From contig SKOR01000044.1 of the NCBI GenBank assembly GCA_007119965.1, forward strand, positions 8,270 through 72,269: 64,000 nucleotides of DNA, written 5' to 3'. Each line of letters starts with the position of its first letter. Position 1 is the stretch's first letter. Made by a program: the position numbers and the translations under genes. A model generated the notes under the pieces. The model was not told the origin of the DNA. It saw nothing but the letters and a program-made list of their open reading frames with translations, and ran no database searches. Source of the stretch: Syntrophomonadaceae bacterium. Lineage in GTDB: Bacteria; Bacillota; Dethiobacteria; DTU022. Shown here in pieces: positions 20,373 to 29,910 of the stretch.

Positions 20373-21584
20373 ATGAAACAAGAGCATTCAGGAATCACCA
20401 GTCGGATAACTTTATATTATTTTGTCCTGGCCAACCTTTATATTTATGTTTCAGACCAGCTGTTGTTTATGTATGTTACCGATCCTGCCATACTCGTTCG
20501 CTGGCAAACCTATAAAGGGTGGATCTATATAGCAGTGACAACCCTGTTACTCTATATTCTGTTAAAAACCCAGATCAAGAAACTACTCTCAGAAGTGGAG
20601 GAACGTAAGAAGGCTGAAGCTGCTGAAAGGGCCTCGGCAATTCACTGGCAAAAAACATTTGATGCCAGCGCAGATGCAATATGCCTTGTAGATCGCAGCA
20701 AAAAAATTCTGCGCGCTAATGCTGCGCTGGCTAACCTGGCAGGTCAGGATGTTGAAGAAATAATCGGAAAAAACTGTTGTGACACTGTGCACAAAGGGGA
20801 AGGTGAATTTCCGGATTGCCCGCTTCCGGATACGGGCAACTTGCAGTCCCGTGAAGAGACTGAAGTTCAAATAGAAGACCGCTGGTATCACATCAGTATA
20901 GATCCGGTCATGGATGAAAAAAACAGGCTGCAAAACATGGTACATATAATGCGTGATATTACACAACGGAAACAAATGGAGGCCAACCTTCAGCAGGTCA
21001 ACCAGGACCTTCTGCAGGCGTACGATGCTACAATTGAAGGCTGGTCCAGGGCTCTCGACCTGCGTGATCATGATACGGAAGGCCACAGCAAGCGTGTAAC
21101 TGAAGAAACAGTATACCTGGCTGCAGTACATGGGGTCCCGGAGCCTGAATTGGTCCATATCCGCCGCGGGGCACTGCTGCATGATATCGGCAAAGTGGGT
21201 ATCCCTGACTCCATTTTGCATAAAACCGGTAAATTAAATCCCAATGAATGGAAAATTATGCGTGAACACCCGAAACTTGCCTATGATCTGCTGGCCCCGA
21301 TCGATTACCTGCAGCAGGCTTTGGAAATACCCTACTGCCACCATGAAAAATGGGACGGCAGCGGCTACCCCCGCGGCCTGAAAGGGGAAGAGATTCCCCT
21401 GGCAGCGCGTATCTTTGCCGTGATTGATGTTTTTGACGCCCTGACCAGTGATCGTCCGTATCGACCGGCCTGGAACCGTAAAGCGGCCCTGAAACATATC
21501 CTGAACGAAAGCGGCAGGCATTTTGACCCACAAATTGTAAAATTGTTCCTTGAGCTTGTTGATCCTGGCAGGGATGGCACCTAA
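20373..21584 (+). CDS. membrane-anchored PAS-HD-GYP phosphodiesterase
   Basis: Two N-terminal TM helices (QTYKGW motif), PAS, HD-GYP closely similar to that of 16970-19717. Confidence 0.9.
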   Translation: MKQEHSGITSRITLYYFVLANLYIYVSDQLLFMYVTDPAILVRWQTYKGWIYIAVTTLLLYILLKTQIKKLLSEVEERKKAEAAERASAIHWQKTFDASADAICLVDRSKKILRANAALANLAGQDVEEIIGKNCCDTVHKGEGEFPDCPLPDTGNLQSREETEVQIEDRWYHISIDPVMDEKNRLQNMVHIMRDITQRKQMEANLQQVNQDLLQAYDATIEGWSRALDLRDHDTEGHSKRVTEETVYLAAVHGVPEPELVHIRRGALLHDIGKVGIPDSILHKTGKLNPNEWKIMREHPKLAYDLLAPIDYLQQALEIPYCHHEKWDGSGYPRGLKGEEIPLAARIFAVIDVFDALTSDRPYRPAWNRKAALKHILNESGRHFDPQIVKLFLELVDPGRDGT

Positions 21585-21659
21585 AGCGGACGAACGCCCC
21601 AGGCACGTGCCGGGTGAATAAATTATGAGATATAAATATGATAAAGGAGGTATTTGATT

Positions 21660-23672
21660 ATGGAAAATTCAGCAGCCAATAATCATTCGGGACATAACGG
21701 TCATGATAAACACGCCGGTCACAGCCCGGATATGTTTCGTGACAAGTTCTGGCTTTCCCTGGTTATGACCCTGCCGGTTGTATTCTGGTCAGTCCATATT
21801 CAAAACCTGCTCGGTTACCGGGCGCCGGAGTTTACAGGGTCGGATTGGATCCCCCCTGTTTTAGGCACCGTTATCTTTTTCTATGGAGGCTGGGTCTTTA
21901 TCCAGGGCGCGGTGCGGGAGCTTAAGAGTCTGCTGCCCGGGATGATGACTCTCATTTCTCTGGCTATAACCGTGGCGTTTCTTTTTTCATGGGTGGTGCA
22001 GTTTGGGTTGATTGAGGCGGAAGCGCTCTGGTGGGAACTGGCTTCCCTGGTCACGATCATGCTCCTGGGACACTGGATCGAAATGCGTTCTATCGTTCAG
22101 GCTCAGGGTGCCCTGCAGGAGCTGGCGAAACTTCTCCCCGATACCGCTACAAGGGTTACAGAACAGGGAGAAGAGGAGGTTGCGGTAAGTGAACTCAAGG
22201 ACGGAGATATTATACTCGTCCGCCCGGGTGAAAGCATGCCTGCGGACGGGCTGCTGCAGAAGGGAACAAGCGATGTAAATGAAGCGATGATCACCGGCGA
22301 GTCAAGGCCGGTTAAAAAGTCAGAAGGTGATGAGGTTATAGCCGGCACTAACAACGGTGCCGGTTCGCTGCGTATCAAGGTTACCGGTACCGGTGAAAAC
22401 ACTAAGCTTTCCGGGATAATGCGGTTGGTAGCTGAAGCGCAGACCTCCAAATCAAGGGCGCAGAACCTGGCTGACCGCGCTGCCCAGCTGCTAACCGGTG
22501 TAGCTATTTTTGCCGCGGTAGCAACCCTGGTGATCTGGCAGCTTATAGGTATGCCCATCGATTTTACTATTGTCAGGGTTGTAACCGTCCTGGTTATCGC
22601 CTGCCCCCATGCCCTGGGGCTGGCCGTGCCCCTGGTTGTGGCAATTTCTACAACGCTGGGCGCCCTGAGCGGACTGCTGGTGCGCGACCGGTTGGGGCTA
22701 GAGGAAGCCCGTAATCTGAACACTGTAATCTTCGATAAGACCGGCACCCTGACCCTCGGTGAGTTTCGGGTTGTTGATATGGCTACAGTTGAAGGGGTTA
22801 CCGGGGAAGAAGCGCTGCGTGCTGCTTCCGCTGTCGAGCAGGAATCTGAGCATCCCATCGCCAGGGGCATTGTGAATACGGCAGGGGACAGGGAGATTAA
22901 AATACCTGCAGCCGATGATTTCCGGGCCCTGCCGGGCAAGGGGGTTGCAGCTTCGGTGGACGGTATAGAATACCATCTAGGCGGCCCTGCTCTGCTCAAA
23001 GCGGAAGAAGAAGAAGTGCCTCCTGCGCTTAAAGAGTCATCTGAAGCGGCGGCCGAACGCGGCCAGGCCGCAATTTTCCTTCTGCGCGGCGGTCAGGTTA
23101 TTGCCCTGTTCGCGGTAGCTGATGCGATCCGGCCGGAGAGTCGTGAAGCTGTCCGGGCCCTGCAGGATCATGGTATCGAAGTAGCCATGCTGACCGGCGA
23201 TGCGCAGGCTGTGGCCGACGCCGTAGCAGCAGAGATCGGTATCGATACTGTTTTTGCCGAAGTACTTCCCGAGGATAAAGCTTCCAGGGTTAGGGAGATC
23301 CAGGCGATGGGGAAAAAGGTAGCCATGGTCGGAGACGGAGTTAATGATGCCCCTGCCCTGGCTACTGCCGACATCGGGATTGCCATCGGTGCGGGGACAG
23401 ATGTGGCTGTTGAAGCAGGGCATATCGTACTGGTCAGGTCCGATCCCCGCGATATCCCAAAGATTGTCACCCTGTCCCGGGCTACCTATGGCAAGATGGT
23501 GCAGAACCTGTGGTGGGCTGCAGGGTACAATATAATTGCGATTCCCCTCGCTGCCGGGGCTCTCGCTGCGTGGGGAATCCTGCTCACCCCGGCCGTGGGT
23601 GCCGTTTTGATGTCGGCAAGCACGGTGATCGTGGCAATTAACGCGCAGCTCCTGAGGCGCCTGGCGCTCTAA
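21660..23672 (+). CDS. copB: copper-translocating P1B-3 ATPase (CopB type)
   Basis: Short His-rich N-terminus, TGES, CPH(ALGLA), DKTGTLT, GDGVND, YN and MSAST motifs. Confidence 0.88.
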   Translation: MENSAANNHSGHNGHDKHAGHSPDMFRDKFWLSLVMTLPVVFWSVHIQNLLGYRAPEFTGSDWIPPVLGTVIFFYGGWVFIQGAVRELKSLLPGMMTLISLAITVAFLFSWVVQFGLIEAEALWWELASLVTIMLLGHWIEMRSIVQAQGALQELAKLLPDTATRVTEQGEEEVAVSELKDGDIILVRPGESMPADGLLQKGTSDVNEAMITGESRPVKKSEGDEVIAGTNNGAGSLRIKVTGTGENTKLSGIMRLVAEAQTSKSRAQNLADRAAQLLTGVAIFAAVATLVIWQLIGMPIDFTIVRVVTVLVIACPHALGLAVPLVVAISTTLGALSGLLVRDRLGLEEARNLNTVIFDKTGTLTLGEFRVVDMATVEGVTGEEALRAASAVEQESEHPIARGIVNTAGDREIKIPAADDFRALPGKGVAASVDGIEYHLGGPALLKAEEEEVPPALKESSEAAAERGQAAIFLLRGGQVIALFAVADAIRPESREAVRALQDHGIEVAMLTGDAQAVADAVAAEIGIDTVFAEVLPEDKASRVREIQAMGKKVAMVGDGVNDAPALATADIGIAIGAGTDVAVEAGHIVLVRSDPRDIPKIVTLSRATYGKMVQNLWWAAGYNIIAIPLAAGALAAWGILLTPAVGAVLMSASTVIVAINAQLLRRLAL

Positions 23673-23715
23673 AGGCTGCAGTAGAAAAGGCAGTTTATAA
23701 AAGCAGAGAGCGGAA

Positions 23716-23853
23716 ATGTTGATGACATTAATCTTTATAGTATGGTTTGTACTACTGTGTGCACTGGTGTCTGGCATTTTTACGGGATGGTATGATGATT
23801 CCTTTAGAAGGCGAGGTGGTCTGGTTGCTGCTGGAACCGATTATAACGCCTGA
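23716..23853 (+). CDS. putative small single-pass membrane protein (45 aa)
   Basis: MLMTLIFIVWFVLLCALVSGIFTGWYDDSFRRRGGLVAAGTDYNA followed by in-frame TGA TAA TAG; weak RBS. Confidence 0.45.
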   Translation: MLMTLIFIVWFVLLCALVSGIFTGWYDDSFRRRGGLVAAGTDYNA

Positions 23854-24087
23854 TAATAGCAAATCAGCATAAGTGATTTGAAAGCTCTCTTTGCTCAGGC
23901 GATGTCTGAGGGTGCTGCAACTTTACCCTGCCAGGTGCTGTTAGTCTAACCCGTGATCTAAAAAACCATCCACAGCTGCAACTGATGGAGGATATCTTAG
24001 AAGATAAAAGAATTACTATATTATAAAGCGGTTAAGTAAACAGCTAAACCGGGCAGCTTACCTTAAATAAGGAGGTCTGAATAAAAT

Positions 24088-24714
24088 ATGTTCGTCAGAG
24101 ATTATATGTCCGCCGATCCGATCACCATTGAGCCCAATGATTCAGTTGGTGATGCTCTGGAGCTTTTAAAAGACCATGCCATCAGGCGCCTTCCGGTAGT
24201 GTCGAAGGGCAGGCTTGTCGGCCTGGTAACTAAAACAGATCTGATCAAGGCTTCACCTTCTCCGGCTACCAGCCTCTCTATTCATGAAATTAACTATCTC
24301 TACCCCAAAATAAAGATTAGGGACATCATGACGAAAGAAGTTGTTACAATCGGTCCTGGTGCTGCTATCGAAGAGGCTGCAGTTACAATGCGAGAAAACA
24401 AGTTTGGCACCCTTGTTGTTGCTGAGAAAGGCGCCTTAGTCGGTTTGATTACTGAAAGCGACCTGTTTAAAGCTTTTATTGATGTTTTCAGTTTTGATCG
24501 CCCCGGAATCAGGGTTATGGTCGCCTTCGATGATGAGGTGGGTGAATTGGGCAAGCTCGCCTCGCTGATCAGTTCCCTGGATATTTTTATTATCAGCCTG
24601 ATTATAACCTATGCTGTGGACGGCAGGGCTAATGTTGTGATGCGCCTGAAGAGCGATCACAGAGAGATGGTAGTTGATGAACTGGAGAAGAGCGGATACG
24701 ATGTAATCGGTTGA
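24088..24714 (+). CDS. acuB: AcuB-like CBS-CBS-ACT protein
   Basis: MFVRDYMS, IRRLPVV, ASPSPATSLSIHEINYL, GLITESDLF, C-terminal ACT; AAGGAGG RBS. Confidence 0.8.
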   Translation: MFVRDYMSADPITIEPNDSVGDALELLKDHAIRRLPVVSKGRLVGLVTKTDLIKASPSPATSLSIHEINYLYPKIKIRDIMTKEVVTIGPGAAIEEAAVTMRENKFGTLVVAEKGALVGLITESDLFKAFIDVFSFDRPGIRVMVAFDDEVGELGKLASLISSLDIFIISLIITYAVDGRANVVMRLKSDHREMVVDELEKSGYDVIG

Positions 24715-24721
24715 TGCAAAA

Positions 24722-24934
24722 GGTGTCTAGGGGACGGTTCCTGAAACACCCTCTTGCGTCTAAGGGTGTCTAGGGGACGGTTCCTGAAACACCCTCTTGC
24801 GTCTAAGGGAATGAGTTAAAACTGCTGTGGAATTGAGGTTCGGGGTTTGGATTTTGTTTAAGCGTAAAAAAGGTGTTTCAGGAACCGTCCCCTATGCACT
24901 AAAAAGGTGTTTCAGGAACCGTCCCCTATGCACT
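24722..24934. repeat. REP/BIME-like cluster: four copies of a 29-bp GGTGTTTCAGGAACCGTCCCCTA(G/T)(A/G)CAC(C/T) unit
   Basis: Two reverse copies in exact 43-bp tandem units (24722-24764, 24765-24807); two forward copies with 34-bp period (24872-24900, 24906-24934). Confidence 0.9.
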
Positions 24935-25690
24935 TTTTGTTTCGGCGACGAAGGTAAGTTTTGGGTCGGAGTTGGCTGACGGCTCCAGGCTGAAGCTGGG
25001 GTAGGTGCCCAGGATTTTGAACCCGGTTTCTTCTAATACCCTGGTAACCAGATCCGGTTCATGGTCTTTTTCATGGTGGTTCTCCTGAAATTTCTTGTAT
25101 AAGCCGTCTGTTGTTTGTTGAAAAACGGTCAGGTGGGCTGACCAGAGGTCTTCTTTAGAACTGTAGCTGCTTTCCACGATTAAGGTGAAATCATCTTGAT
25201 CGGCCCAGGATAGGCTTTTGGTGTCGCCGCCTGAGCGGAGCGACGGGCGGGTCAGATCGAAGATAAAAAGAGAAGCAGGGTTCAGGGCACTGTAAACCTG
25301 GTTAATCGCTTCGATTAATTGTTGTTCACTGAGGAGATAGTTTAAGCCGTCCTGAAACAGCAGGGCTAAGTCGTATTTTTCCGGCAGCTCAAGGCGGCAG
25401 AGGTTTTGTTCATAAAATTTAACCGGCAGCCTTTTTTGGGCTGTCTTGCTGCGGGCCCGTTCGAGCATTGCAGGGGACAGGTCAACACCTGCGGTTTGAT
25501 AGCCTCTGTAGGCGAAAGGCAGTGTAGAGCTGCCTGTCCCGCAGGCCAGGTCGACTATGGAACGGGGTTTTTTTGCGAAGCGGACGAGCAGCTGTTCCAC
25601 ATAATCGGCCCAGGCTTCATAATCGACACTGCACATAATCTGATCGTAAATATCGGCGAAACCGGTGTAGGCCTGGCTGGTTTTTTTCAC
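24926..25690 (-). CDS. class I SAM-dependent methyltransferase (YqeM-like)
   Basis: YTGFADIYD, VDLACGTG, GVDLS..ML, D.LNYL, FIFD; stop codon lies inside the repeat. Confidence 0.9.
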   Translation of the reverse strand: MKKTSQAYTGFADIYDQIMCSVDYEAWADYVEQLLVRFAKKPRSIVDLACGTGSSTLPFAYRGYQTAGVDLSPAMLERARSKTAQKRLPVKFYEQNLCRLELPEKYDLALLFQDGLNYLLSEQQLIEAINQVYSALNPASLFIFDLTRPSLRSGGDTKSLSWADQDDFTLIVESSYSSKEDLWSAHLTVFQQTTDGLYKKFQENHHEKDHEPDLVTRVLEETGFKILGTYPSFSLEPSANSDPKLTFVAETKSA

Positions 25691-25742
25691 TGTTATATTT
25701 GATGCTCCCTGTCTGAGTATAGAATCACCCTATGGTTTGATT

Positions 25743-28268
25743 TTACTCCGGCCCCCTGGAAATAACAAGATCAACCTCGTATCCGCTCTCCACGGTTGTC
25801 CCCGGGTCAGGATCTTGCTCGATTACCCGACCGATTTGAACCTGATCGTGGTGACGCTGTTCAACCGTCCCAACCTCAAGGTTAACCCGGGCCAATCTCA
25901 TTTCGACCATGCCCTGTGACGAGCCGGTTACATCGGGAACATCTACCGGCCCTTCAGCTTCTTCTCTTCCGAAAAGGTTTAATCCCGTATCCGGCCTGGA
26001 AGGCATTTCCTCGGCATCTTCAGGCCCCCTGCCGGGGCCGCCTCTCGAAGACCACCGCTCATCAGTTTCAATGTATTCCGGACGGTTGTAATATCCGTCC
26101 TCATGCATATCGCATTCTTCACCGGGGGCCTGGCCGGCAATGAAATAGTCGGTGATCACGGTATCTGCCGCATGGCAATCATCATTGGGCCGCAGGCCGG
26201 ATTTATCGCATACAGATATTCGCACAATATCACCCGGGTCTTCAAACTCTTTTACTTCCAGGTCTTCAAATGCCTTCAGAAATACCTCGCGCAAAAATAC
26301 AGTTGAGTAACGCCAGCCCTGTTCGATCCGGCCCATCCTCGGCTCATCGTAGCCCATCCAGAAGGTAGCGACCAGGTTGGGAGTATAGGCAGCCAGGTAG
26401 ACATCCTTGTAATCATCTGTAGTGCCGGTTTTAGCCGCTACCGGACGGTCGATTTGCAGTTCGCCACCCAGGTAACCGGTTACAAAATCCTGCAGGATAT
26501 CGCTGACCAGGAATGCCGACTGCGGGCTCAGGATCTGTTCAGTTTCAGGGTTTCTTTCAAAAAGCGTATTGCCGTGGCGGTCAACGATTTTTTCAACGGC
26601 GTGCAGATCGACCCTGACACCCTGGTTGGCAAAAACACCGTAGGCCTGGGCCATATCGATGGATGTGACCCCCCTGTGCAAACCACCCAGGGTCAGGCTG
26701 AGATTGTCTATCTCTTCCGGGTACAGGGTTGAAATGCCCATTCTTTCTGCGTAGTCGGCCCCGGTTTGAGGTCCGAGATCCTCGTAAGCGCGAACCGCGG
26801 GGATGTTGTACGAATAAACCAGCGCTTCTCTTGCCGGGATCATTCCCCGGAATTTGTAGTCAAAGTTTTCCGGAAACCAGCCCTGTTCTTCTTTTTTATA
26901 CGGGGAATCGTCCAGGGTTGAGCCGGCGCCCGCCAGGGTGCCCTCTTCGAAAGCCGGGCCGTAAGTTGTAATCGGCTTAATAGCTGACCCGGGTTGACGC
27001 AGATGGTTAAAACGCAGCAGTTCGTCTGTCCCTCTGCGGAATTCACGGCCTCCGCCCAGGGCTTTAATTTGCCCGCTGGCCGGGTCCGCTACCACGATTG
27101 CGGCCTGAGGTTGCGCTACGCCGCTGTCTTCATCGGTAAATTCTTCCAACTGGTCCGCTGATAAGCTTTCTCCTGCCGGAAGGTTTGAAATTGCTTCCCT
27201 GGCCCTGGACATATTGACATAAAAAGTTTCAGGGTACAGTTCTTCCTGCCCCAGCACATCTTCCACATGGCCCTGCAGCGAAGGGTCGAGGGAAGTGTAA
27301 ATACGCAGCCCGTCTGTATATATGGCCTGATAGGCTTCATCACGGGTTTCAAAAGTTGGGCTGGCCATTAAAATTTGAATTAATTCATGGTGCAGTACAT
27401 AGTCTACATAGTGCGGGTAAGGATAATCGGGGCTGCGCTGCTCAGCGTAATCGAGGGCCTCACTAAGCGCCCGGCTGTACTGGGATTCTGAAATAAACCC
27501 GAGCCTCTTCATGTTATAAAGTACGCTTTGCATCCGTTCTTCCGCTGCCGCAATGTTGTCGATCGGGTTGTAGTAGTTGGGCATCCGCACCGCACCTGCC
27601 AGCATGGCCGCTTCGGGTATTTCCAGCTCATCAACGCTTTTATCGAAATAAGTCTCGGCTGCCGCTTCGATGCCGTAGGCGCTGTTGCCAAAATAGATCC
27701 GGTTTAAATACATCTCCAGGATTTCTTCCTTACTGTATATGCGCTCTATTCGTATAGCCAGGTAAATCTCCTGCACCTTACGTTCTAAAGTGGTCTCAGT
27801 TGTTAAAAAGGCATTTTGAGCCAACTGCTGGGAAATAGTGCTTGCTCCCTGTATAATTGAACCGGCCCGCAGGTTGACATAGGCGGCCCTGATGTTGGCG
27901 GTGAGATCAAAACCGGAGTGTTCATAGAATCGTTCGTCTTCAATAGCGATAAAAGCCTGCTCTACATAATCAGGTACTTCATCTAAATTGACCGCAACGC
28001 GGTGCTGTTCACCATGCAGTGGGGCTACCACTCTCCCGCTGCTGTCGAAAATATATGATGTTTCCACCGTTTCCAGGTATGTCGGGTCAAGTGGCGGGGC
28101 ATCGTTTATATAGCTGCCCACCACTGCCGCAGCACTGCCTCCGCCAACCAGAAGCAGCAAAAACAAGGCAAGTATTATTATTACCAGGCGGCGGTTTTTC
28201 TGACGTGGCCTGAGCTCATTACCTTCCCGGTTATTCTGAGCATCAATAGGAACTTTTTTTTCAACCAA
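25743..28268 (-). CDS. class A penicillin-binding protein (PBP1A family) with C-terminal PASTA domain
   Basis: N-terminal TM, AIEDERF, QGASTISQQL, RKVQE, transpeptidase SAIK / SYN / KTGT, PASTA (VPDVTG...QDP.PG). Start uncertain (TTG 28268 or ATA 28274). Confidence 0.92.
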   Translation of the reverse strand: MVEKKVPIDAQNNREGNELRPRQKNRRLVIIILALFLLLLVGGGSAAAVVGSYINDAPPLDPTYLETVETSYIFDSSGRVVAPLHGEQHRVAVNLDEVPDYVEQAFIAIEDERFYEHSGFDLTANIRAAYVNLRAGSIIQGASTISQQLAQNAFLTTETTLERKVQEIYLAIRIERIYSKEEILEMYLNRIYFGNSAYGIEAAAETYFDKSVDELEIPEAAMLAGAVRMPNYYNPIDNIAAAEERMQSVLYNMKRLGFISESQYSRALSEALDYAEQRSPDYPYPHYVDYVLHHELIQILMASPTFETRDEAYQAIYTDGLRIYTSLDPSLQGHVEDVLGQEELYPETFYVNMSRAREAISNLPAGESLSADQLEEFTDEDSGVAQPQAAIVVADPASGQIKALGGGREFRRGTDELLRFNHLRQPGSAIKPITTYGPAFEEGTLAGAGSTLDDSPYKKEEQGWFPENFDYKFRGMIPAREALVYSYNIPAVRAYEDLGPQTGADYAERMGISTLYPEEIDNLSLTLGGLHRGVTSIDMAQAYGVFANQGVRVDLHAVEKIVDRHGNTLFERNPETEQILSPQSAFLVSDILQDFVTGYLGGELQIDRPVAAKTGTTDDYKDVYLAAYTPNLVATFWMGYDEPRMGRIEQGWRYSTVFLREVFLKAFEDLEVKEFEDPGDIVRISVCDKSGLRPNDDCHAADTVITDYFIAGQAPGEECDMHEDGYYNRPEYIETDERWSSRGGPGRGPEDAEEMPSRPDTGLNLFGREEAEGPVDVPDVTGSSQGMVEMRLARVNLEVGTVEQRHHDQVQIGRVIEQDPDPGTTVESGYEVDLVISRGPE

Positions 28269-28697
28269 TTTTATATTACCCTCCTCAGTATAAATAAGCA
28301 TTCTTAAAAGGAAAGCGGCCTGGTGCTGCAGTAATAGGCAGACCTCATTGTTCCAGGCCTTATCGGCTCATTAATGGGATTATAGATGTGAAGATATGGC
28401 AGCGGGCCTGTTTGAGTCCCAGTGACTTAATGTAACAGGCGATTGCTTATAGCAGAACTTGATCGGCTAAGTGTAGCTTTCTGGATATCTCTCGTTTTTA
28501 ATGGAAATGCTACTCTTCAGTATTGCCGTGGATATGCCTGTGGTTACTGCGTAGAAAGGTTAAGCATCGTCGTTATTTAATTGTCTGTTACTTAATATGA
28601 TAAACATGTTCAATAAACTTTGTCAATGGGATCTATTGACTGCATTTAACAGCTATTTACAGCAGGTTGTGCGGTTCCCGGTTTCGCCTCAGGCATA

Positions 28698-28751
28698 TTC
28701 ATCAAATATGCAACAAAACTTCACGGGATCTTCATATTTAACCCTTAAAAT
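28698..28751 (+). promoter_or_regulatory. OmpR-family response-regulator direct repeats plus -10
   Basis: TTCATC / TGCAAC / TTCACG / TTCATA at exact 11-bp period, then TAAAAT at 28746. Confidence 0.55.
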
Positions 28752-28786
28752 GTAGTCAGAGTCAAAAATGAAAGGGGAAATGAATT

Positions 28787-29107
28787 ATGTCAAAAAAACT
28801 AATGGTTAGCTTATTAGTGGCAGTTGTTGCTGTAACCCTATTGGTATCTGTCGCAGCAGCCCAGGAAAACGATTCAACCCTGGAATCTCTTTACGAACAA
28901 ATGCATGAGCTGCGCCGCCAGGTTATCGAAAGACAGGTTGAGCTCGGTGTTTTCAGCGCTGAAGAAGGCGATGAACGATTGGAGTTTATGGATCAGCGTT
29001 TTGAGGAAAGACGTGAAAGCGGCTCCGGCTGGTTTTCCGGTATGCACGGCTGGAGATGGGGCAGCGGCGATTCTGCTCGGGGGTACGGTCACTGCCGGAA
29101 TTATTAA
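28787..29107 (+). CDS. secreted DUF2680/YckD-like protein
   Basis: Signal peptide (AAA), RQVIERQVELG..S.EE, Gly/His/Cys-rich tail. Confidence 0.7.
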   Translation: MSKKLMVSLLVAVVAVTLLVSVAAAQENDSTLESLYEQMHELRRQVIERQVELGVFSAEEGDERLEFMDQRFEERRESGSGWFSGMHGWRWGSGDSARGYGHCRNY

Positions 29108-29126
29108 ATCGAAAAAATGAAACTGC

Positions 29127-29164
29127 ATAGATAGGCCGCCTCCGTGCGGCCTATCTATCTTTTT
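29127..29164 (+). terminator. intrinsic terminator
   Basis: ATAGATAGGCCGC-CTCCGT-GCGGCCTATCTAT-CTTTTT. Confidence 0.8.
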
Positions 29165-29214
29165 GCTGTCCGATTGTTTACAATATAGATAGGCTTGCTT
29201 AGGAGTTGAGCAGA

Positions 29215-29910
29215 TTGGATGCGCCAAAAATCCTTGTTGTTGATGATGAAATAAAAATAACCCGCGTTCTCCAGGCTTATTTGGAAAGGGAAAAGTATCC
29301 TGTGCTTACTGCTCATAACGGACAGGAAGCTTTGAGGCTGGCCCGGGAAGAAAAACCCGACCTGATAATCCTCGACCTTATGCTGCCAATTGTAAGCGGC
29401 GAAGAGGTTTGCCGTCAGCTTCGCCAGGAGGGTTCCCGGGTTCCAATTATTATGCTCACAGCAAAAACTGCCCTTGAAGAGAAAGTAAAAGGCCTGGCCA
29501 TTGGCGCTGATGATTATGTCGTGAAACCGTTCAGCCCGCAGGAGATAGTTGCCAGGGTTAAGTCGCACCTCAGGCGTAGTGACCCCGACCACGGCCCGCT
29601 TACAGATGTGCTGGTCCTTTCCGGAGGTGCTCTGGAGATCGACATCCCGGCCCATCGGGTCAGCTGGGAAAACCGCAGTATTGATCTGACCCCGACTGAA
29701 TTTAATTTATTGGTACACCTGGCCCGCCAGCCAAAACGCGTTTTTACCCGCGCACAGCTTGCCGATGCGATTTTTGATTACGACAGTATCATGGAGGAGC
29801 GGACTGTCGATGCCCATATAAAAAACCTCCGTCAGAAAATGCAGCGCGCAGGAGCTCCGCTTTTAGTAAAGACAATATACGGGGTGGGTTACAAATATGA
29901 AGAAAATTGA
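29215..29910 (+). CDS. OmpR-family response regulator
   Basis: ILVVDDE, LDLMLP, GADDYVVKPFS, LTPTEF, RTVDAHIKNLR, YGVGY. Confidence 0.95.
   Translation: MDAPKILVVDDEIKITRVLQAYLEREKYPVLTAHNGQEALRLAREEKPDLIILDLMLPIVSGEEVCRQLRQEGSRVPIIMLTAKTALEEKVKGLAIGADDYVVKPFSPQEIVARVKSHLRRSDPDHGPLTDVLVLSGGALEIDIPAHRVSWENRSIDLTPTEFNLLVHLARQPKRVFTRAQLADAIFDYDSIMEERTVDAHIKNLRQKMQRAGAPLLVKTIYGVGYKYEEN

Noticed and set aside
16990-21550. Diversity-generating retroelement TR/VR pair
   Set aside because: Differences between the HD-GYP copies are largely third-position changes, not adenine-specific, and there is no reverse transcriptase
22103-22999. Long antisense ORFs (also 5149-5910, 16064-16867, 23037-23777, 49904-51613)
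   Set aside because: Shadow frames of well-supported genes on the opposite strand, with no motifs or RBS
24722-24934. CRISPR array
   Set aside because: Intervening sequences are identical or only 5 bp, orientation flips mid-array, and no cas genes are present; this fits REP/BIME-like repeats
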